Shown here piece by piece: positions 59,001 through 64,000 of a stretch of DNA of 64,000 nucleotides. How positions within the stretch are numbered: the first letter of the stretch is position 1; each line of letters starts with the position of its first letter. The translations under genes were made by a program, and so were the position numbers. The notes under the pieces are model-generated. The model worked only from the letters and a program-made list of their open reading frames with translations. It searched no databases and was not told where the DNA came from. Source of the DNA: Bugula neritina. Its lineage: Eukaryota; Animalia; Bryozoa. Location: assembly GCA_964035545.1 (NCBI GenBank), contig OZ037768.1, positions 9,642,741 through 9,706,740 of the forward strand, in the 5' to 3' direction.

Positions 59001-61861
59001 ATTAGTGTAATGTTTTACACTATTTGCTGTCAGAACACTTGTCTCATTTACATAGAAATTCTACACAGAAGCAGTAATATTGTTATTTTATTACTATCTA
59101 GAGTAGTTCTAAGATTTGTGTTTTGCTTTATATTCGACATGTGACATGTTTTGATAGATGAAACACCTCATGGGCTGGTCTGAACCCGAGTATGACTCAT
59201 CTGACGTAACTGATGATGACGACAAGGAGTTGTGTCACCCTCTGTGTCAGTGTAAGAGGTGTGCACCTACTCAAAAGGTTCGTCTACTTATCTGGTAATT
59301 TATCGGTTTAATTAATTCAGCAGAATGGTTTATGATAACTTGTTATTACTCAGTGAAGCTTCAAAAGAAAAATTAACTAAGGTTACTACTAACCAAGCAA
59401 TATTATTGCTTGGTTAGTAGTAATTGATGATGTTCTTATTGTGGTGCCAGTTGTTGATGCAGCAGAAATCTGGTGAATATAAACATTTAAATTCCGTTTT
59501 TTGTTGAAAAATGATGTCAACATTGAATATACGTTTTGTGTAAATGGAATATAAATAACTGAAATGTGATGGATTATTGCTGATCCTGACAGCAGTGTTG
59601 TGTGACGTTTTAATCAAGACAACTTTTGTTTGTTTTGTACAGAAACAAGCCTCAATAATCGACATCAACGCTGGGGATGAGCAAGGGAGAACAGCTTTGC
59701 ATATTGCAGTGGAGAGATCAAATGTGGAGATTATAAGTTTGTTGTTAGAGAAGCATTTGGAGGTCAATTGCAAGACGAATTTAGTTCAGTTCACTCCTCT
59801 TCACATAGCTTGTCAGCAGCTTACACCCCACAAGGAGGTAGTTGAGTTGTTTAGTCTAACTATACATTATAAATCAACCAGTGACTGCTTACAGACATTA
59901 TTAACTTGCTGCATGTTTTCATTTTGATTATGAGTGTCCCTGAAGTGAGATGTTTAATGGTGAAATTTACCACAATTGCTCTACAATCAATGAACTTCCA
60001 CGTGACATTGAATGCTTTATAGTCTCTTGCCATAACTTCTGAAACATGAAAGTTATTGTATGGTAACACGAGACTGTGGTTGATAAATATATACCAAAAC
60101 TTCAAAGGTGTGCAAAAATTAGTATTTCTAATGGCTAAGCCTTCACAAATGCTGGCACTTGAAATAGAAACATTTTCATGCTGCCTGTTTAGAAGTCAAC
60201 AGTTTAGACAAGTGTCAACATTGTCCCAACCTGATGGACAAATGTGCTGTAAAGAATATTATTTGATGTTGGATATAATTTGTAGACTGTGGAGATGCTA
60301 ATAAAGCATGGTGCTAAAGTCAACTGTAAGGATTGCAATGGTCGCACTCCACTACATTTCTCCAGTCAAACCGGATCCGTTGCCATAACCCAGCTTTTAC
60401 TTGAGGTGTTTATTTAAAGTTTGTAGTATTCATACCTTGTAGTATGTTAGTTTTGGTAGCAAGCTTTCTTGGTTTGACATACTCAGGTAAACGTTAATCA
60501 TATTAGAGTAGATAAAATATAATCACTTGTTTTCAATAACCAAAACCCTAGAACTTCATATCAAAAGCTCACTATTTTATGTTTTCTACTGATTTGCAAA
60601 AATTCACTGGTATTGTTGCTTAATTTTCCAACTGTATTGAGTTTTACTTTTACAGTCTAATGCCAACATTGACGTTATGAATATCAGAGGTAACACACCA
60701 CTGCATGAAGCTTGCAAAGTTAATAATACAGAAATAGTTCATTTACTGCTTCACTATCGCGCCAATCCAACTTTAACCAACAAGAATGGGTTGACAGCTA
60801 TACAGTTGACCAGTAACTCCAAAATAATTCAAATCATAACATATGCCCTTGATAGATGGAGAGAACAGCAGGCACCTGCTAAGGGCTGCCAACTACCCAC
60901 TCATGTCACTCCTGTAAAGGAGCAGCATACTTCAGGTAGTGCAAAGTTTATTTTAGGAATTTATAAGTATCATGTTGGTGCTATGATTAGTTTATAAGAA
61001 TGTAGTTAGATATTAGTTTCATTATTCAGAATTTTTTCCATGCACAAATATAAGAGTTTCAGGGATATATCAACATTTTAGGCACATTTTTTACAGTATG
61101 AAAGTCTTAGCATGTATATAATCTTGAGTTTGACTCACTCTTGAAAATGTTAGCTTTTCATAATTAATGCATTTTATGAAACTTTCTGAACACTATTATT
61201 ACTAAATATGAGTCAAATCCATGTTTTTTGTTAAAAAGTACCTTCTCTAATTGTAGCTGTGGCTAAAAGTGATGCCAATACCTGCAAAAACACACAGCGG
61301 CAGCATCTGTTTGCAGCTCTTGAGGCAAATGATCAACAAAAGTTAAAGCTATTGTTTTCATCAATTGGTTCGTTTAATAGGAGCTCTTTGCGCCGTACTA
61401 TTACTAGAGACCGAAGTTCCCCATTACTTAATATTGATAAATTTGATAAGTCAAAAGTCTTATCTTCAAACCACGCGGTCAATGCTGCTGGCTATATGAG
61501 GAAGTGTGTAACAGGTGATATCCACAGTACAAGACAGTGTGTATCAGGTGATATCCACAGTACAGGACCATCTATATCAGGTGGTATCAGCAGTACCGCA
61601 CAGTGTGTATCAGGTGATATCCACAGTACAGGACAGTGTGTATCAGGTGATATTCACAGTACAGGACAGTGTGTATCAGGTGATATCAGCAGCTCAAGAC
61701 AGTCTATTGCTGAGATGGTTACGAATTCAACACAATCATCAATGATGGAAGATAAAAACGAACCCCCAGAATGTGATTTTCATCTAAACTTACATAATCA
61801 AACTGAATGTGAGAACTCTGAAACTGAAAGTGTTGATGGACTCATGGCTTCTCAGTACTAA
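50054..61861 (+). CDS. ANKRD27: ANKRD27 / VARP (VPS9-domain ankyrin-repeat protein), about 1134 aa, 22 coding exons
   Basis: Exons 50054-50164, 50578-50691, 51057-51116, 51707-51884, 52183-52346, 52734-52790, 53228-53370, 54132-54256, 54858-54933, 55153-55300, 55780-55848, 56206-56395, 56614-56753, 57038-57130, 57337-57442, 58276-58445, 58577-58717, 59158-59277, 59643-59837, 60286-60405, 60656-60935, 61257-61861 (sum 3405 nt, in frame). Motifs: N-terminal LYDEDLLEN, VPS9 TADDLIP, two zinc fingernails CHPLCSCDLC and CHPLCQCKRC, two ankyrin blocks. Confidence 0.94.
50271..50540. mobile_element. Foldback-type MITE (possibly Mutator-like) in ANKRD27 coding intron 1
   Basis: Inverted arms built of 15-bp units (GGTAAAAATGGCACA / TGTGCCATTATTACC) around a C/A-rich core. 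Flanked by AAGTAAAT(A) at 50262 and AAGTAAAT(T) at 50541, an 8-9 bp TSD. Confidence 0.8.
57809..57946 (+). repeat. Diverged local duplicate of ANKRD27 intron 8 / start of exon 9 (54744-54877)
   Basis: Shared blocks CCTGTGTATATCAACTG.TAGTCAAA, TAGTAGTTTG, GGGAGATAACTCCATAT, CTTGAGCCTCTT, TTACAGCT in the same order. Confidence 0.85.
59383..59423. repeat. Perfect 41-bp palindrome (20-bp arms, 1-nt centre)
   Basis: TTACTACTAACCAAGCAATA-T-TATTGCTTGGTTAGTAGTAA. Confidence 0.9.
61505..61702 (+). repeat. Coding 33-bp tandem repeat x6 (11 aa, CVSGDIHSTGQ)
   Basis: Seen directly in the DNA and in the translation of the last ANKRD27 exon. Confidence 0.93.
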
Positions 61862-62469
61862 TTTTAGAATTGATTTATTTGACTCTATATAATATGTCTA
61901 CATCATTAGGAGCAGCTGTGTAATATTACATAGCAAGTACCTCTATTAATTCCTTTCAGGTTTAGGAATAGCACCCAGTACACTTGTACTCAGACTTTTT
62001 CTAAGTTCTAAAGCTATTTTTTTAGCATTGTTGAGGTCGCCAGGGCTTCTTGCTGCTCACCAGAACTGTGACTATACATAATATATGTGTAAGGTATTTA
62101 TGGAAATATTTATTACTATTGTTTACAATGCAATAGCACTTCTCAAAATTCACAAATATTAGTCACATATCATAAGAGTTTGAGCATGTTGTTTAGTTTA
62201 AACCACCACAGCACTGACTTGCCTAGCAATATGGAATGAACATTTTCCAACCAAGAAGAACACATAAAACCATATAAAAATACATTTGAAGCTATGTATG
62301 TATTTCAACCATTTTTAAAAGTCATGTAAAATTATGTATGTGAAACAGAACGTAGCTTCTGTTGTAATGCTGATATTAATCTAATGTTTACAATCACATT
62401 TGCTAACATTATAGTTTACAATATCTATCATTAAATTAGAGTTGAACAGTGTTGCCACAGTCAAATATT

Positions 62470-64000
62470 TTATACTGCTGTTGCAGTTGTTAAGCTGTCA
62501 AAGTTGAGATTATTGTGTTTATTGAAAGGCATTTTCTTGCATCTGGTCTTAGCTGATCCGATAATTTTCTGAGGATAGCCATTGGAAAGTAGGTTGATAT
62601 CTTCATCAGCTGATGCTGGATATTCTGAGATGTCGATGTTGGCTTGATAGCATAGAATTGGCTCTTCAGACGAAACAGGCGTCATGTCATTATGCAGTAT
62701 CACTTGTGGATTTCTTACAGATCTCTGCTTTTCTTGCTCTTCATTAGATGGTTCCGTTGCTGTTGTTTGATCCCGATCACTGGTAGTGTGGGGGTTGTCG
62801 TTCATCATTAGTAGCAGCTTCAATGTTTCTAATTTCGCATACGCTTCTCTGAGCTTCTACAAATTTTATTTAAAAGCTGATATTTGCTAATTAAAGGGTA
62901 CCATTTTTTTCTTGAATATTTTCATACATGCCCTAAATAAATCTTTGAAAAATGATGGCTGAAAAAATCTTTCAAAATTTCTAATTGTATTAAAGCAGAT
63001 TTTTTTATCAACTAAAATTAAGTATCAATATATTTATTTTCTTATACTCTAGACCAGGGCTGTCCAACTGGTGGCCCCAGGGCTGGATGCGGCCCCCAGC
63101 CTACATTTATGTGGGCTTAACAACTAAAATTATATTGCACACATATGGTTCATTTTACTTAAATTAGTACATACCGGAAATCTCAAGGTTTTAGCTATTT
63201 TTTACAATTTAGCTGCTAATGAACATGGATTTTTGTCCAAAACTAGCAAAATATCAATAAATACACCTAAGTAATCAAGGTTCTTTTTAATTTTCCTTGA
63301 TTTCCCATGTTTTTTCCTAATTACAGCTACTTTTGATTGCGGACCGTTACAGTTATTTCATAATGGCCTGAAATCCAAATAAGCTAAATTAATAGGAAAA
63401 AAAACATTGGAAATCATGCAAAATTAAGAAGAACCTTGATTATTTAGGTGTATTTCTTGATGTTTCACTAATTTTAGGCAAAAACCCATGTTCATTAGCA
63501 GCTAAATTGTGAAAAATAGCTAAAAACTGGAGATTTCCAGTGTTTACTAAATTAAGTAAAATGACCCATATATGAATTGAACTTGAAGTCACCTGTGAAA
63601 TGTCTTATTTATATACATGCTAGAACATGCAGCCTGCAGTAATTATTATTGAGACTTTATTGTGAATGATTCATAAGAATTTGGAATAATGTAATTTGAA
63701 AATTGTTGATGATGTGGCCCCTCAGTCCAAGTGAAATTTTACAATGTAGCCCTTGTCATGGAATATTTCATTTCAGTGGCCCTCGCTCTGAAAAAGTTGG
63801 ACACCCCTGCTCTAGACTCTAGAGCAATAATCTAGCTATTTGAACTAGCAATAAAATTACAAGAATATAATTGGCCTATCCTGGGTAAGATTGGTTCTAC
63901 TCACAATCAGCGTTTCATCTCGACAGTCTCCAACCAAGTTTGGCTCTTTTACCCCAACTGTACCAGTTTTGGAAGCATACTTGAAATTTGACTGATAGCT
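62470..64000 (-). CDS. 3' end of a gene resembling GPR158/GPR179-type class C GPCR (cytoplasmic tail)
   Basis: Exons 63905->64000 (donor ATT|gtgagt) and 62470-62856 (tttgtag|AAG) join in phase 0. DCRDETLI|KLREAYAKLETLKLLLMMNDNPH resembles the recalled GPR158 coiled coil DIRDELKKLYAQLE...M..NNPH. Ends in -TAV. Confidence 0.6.
63055..63809. mobile_element. Non-autonomous hAT (Charlie/Buster-like) element
   Basis: 14-bp TIRs CAGGGCTGTCCAAC / GTTGGACACCCCTG (1 mismatch). Exact 8-bp TSD CTCTAGAC at 63047-63054 and 63810-63817. Subterminal GCGGCCC/GTGGCCC motifs. Confidence 0.92.
63147..63567. mobile_element. Palindromic MITE nested within the hAT element
   Basis: About 175-bp imperfect TIRs starting GG(T/G)TCATTTTACTTAA, short spacer, ATAT on both flanks. 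Confidence 0.85.

Overview
AT-rich, intron-dense animal (invertebrate-type) genomic DNA, not prokaryotic. It holds three protein-coding genes. (1) Most of an axonemal outer-arm dynein heavy chain gene of the DNAH5/DNAH8 class on the minus strand (about 75 exons, 45160 to beyond base 1). (2) A complete, divergently transcribed ANKRD27/VARP gene on the plus strand (22 coding exons, 50054-61861, about 1134 aa). (3) The 3' end of a convergent minus-strand gene resembling GPR158/179. Dynein introns host an intron-containing tRNA-Leu(CAA), a tRNA-Asp(GTC) and two copies of one tRNA-derived SINE. MITEs sit in introns of the other two genes, one nested in another. The most notable signal is an isoform-generating system in the dynein gene. 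It has a pair of duplicated 123-nt mutually exclusive exons at the AAA3/AAA4 junction, surrounded by intronic RNA stems and a YGCY cluster. It also has three alternative first exons, one with a strong RFX X-box. Together these may let one gene make both DNAH5-like and DNAH8-like motors. VARP also carries an unexpected C-terminal WH2-like actin-binding motif. Exon boundaries were read by hand. Comparisons with human proteins are from memory and need alignment.
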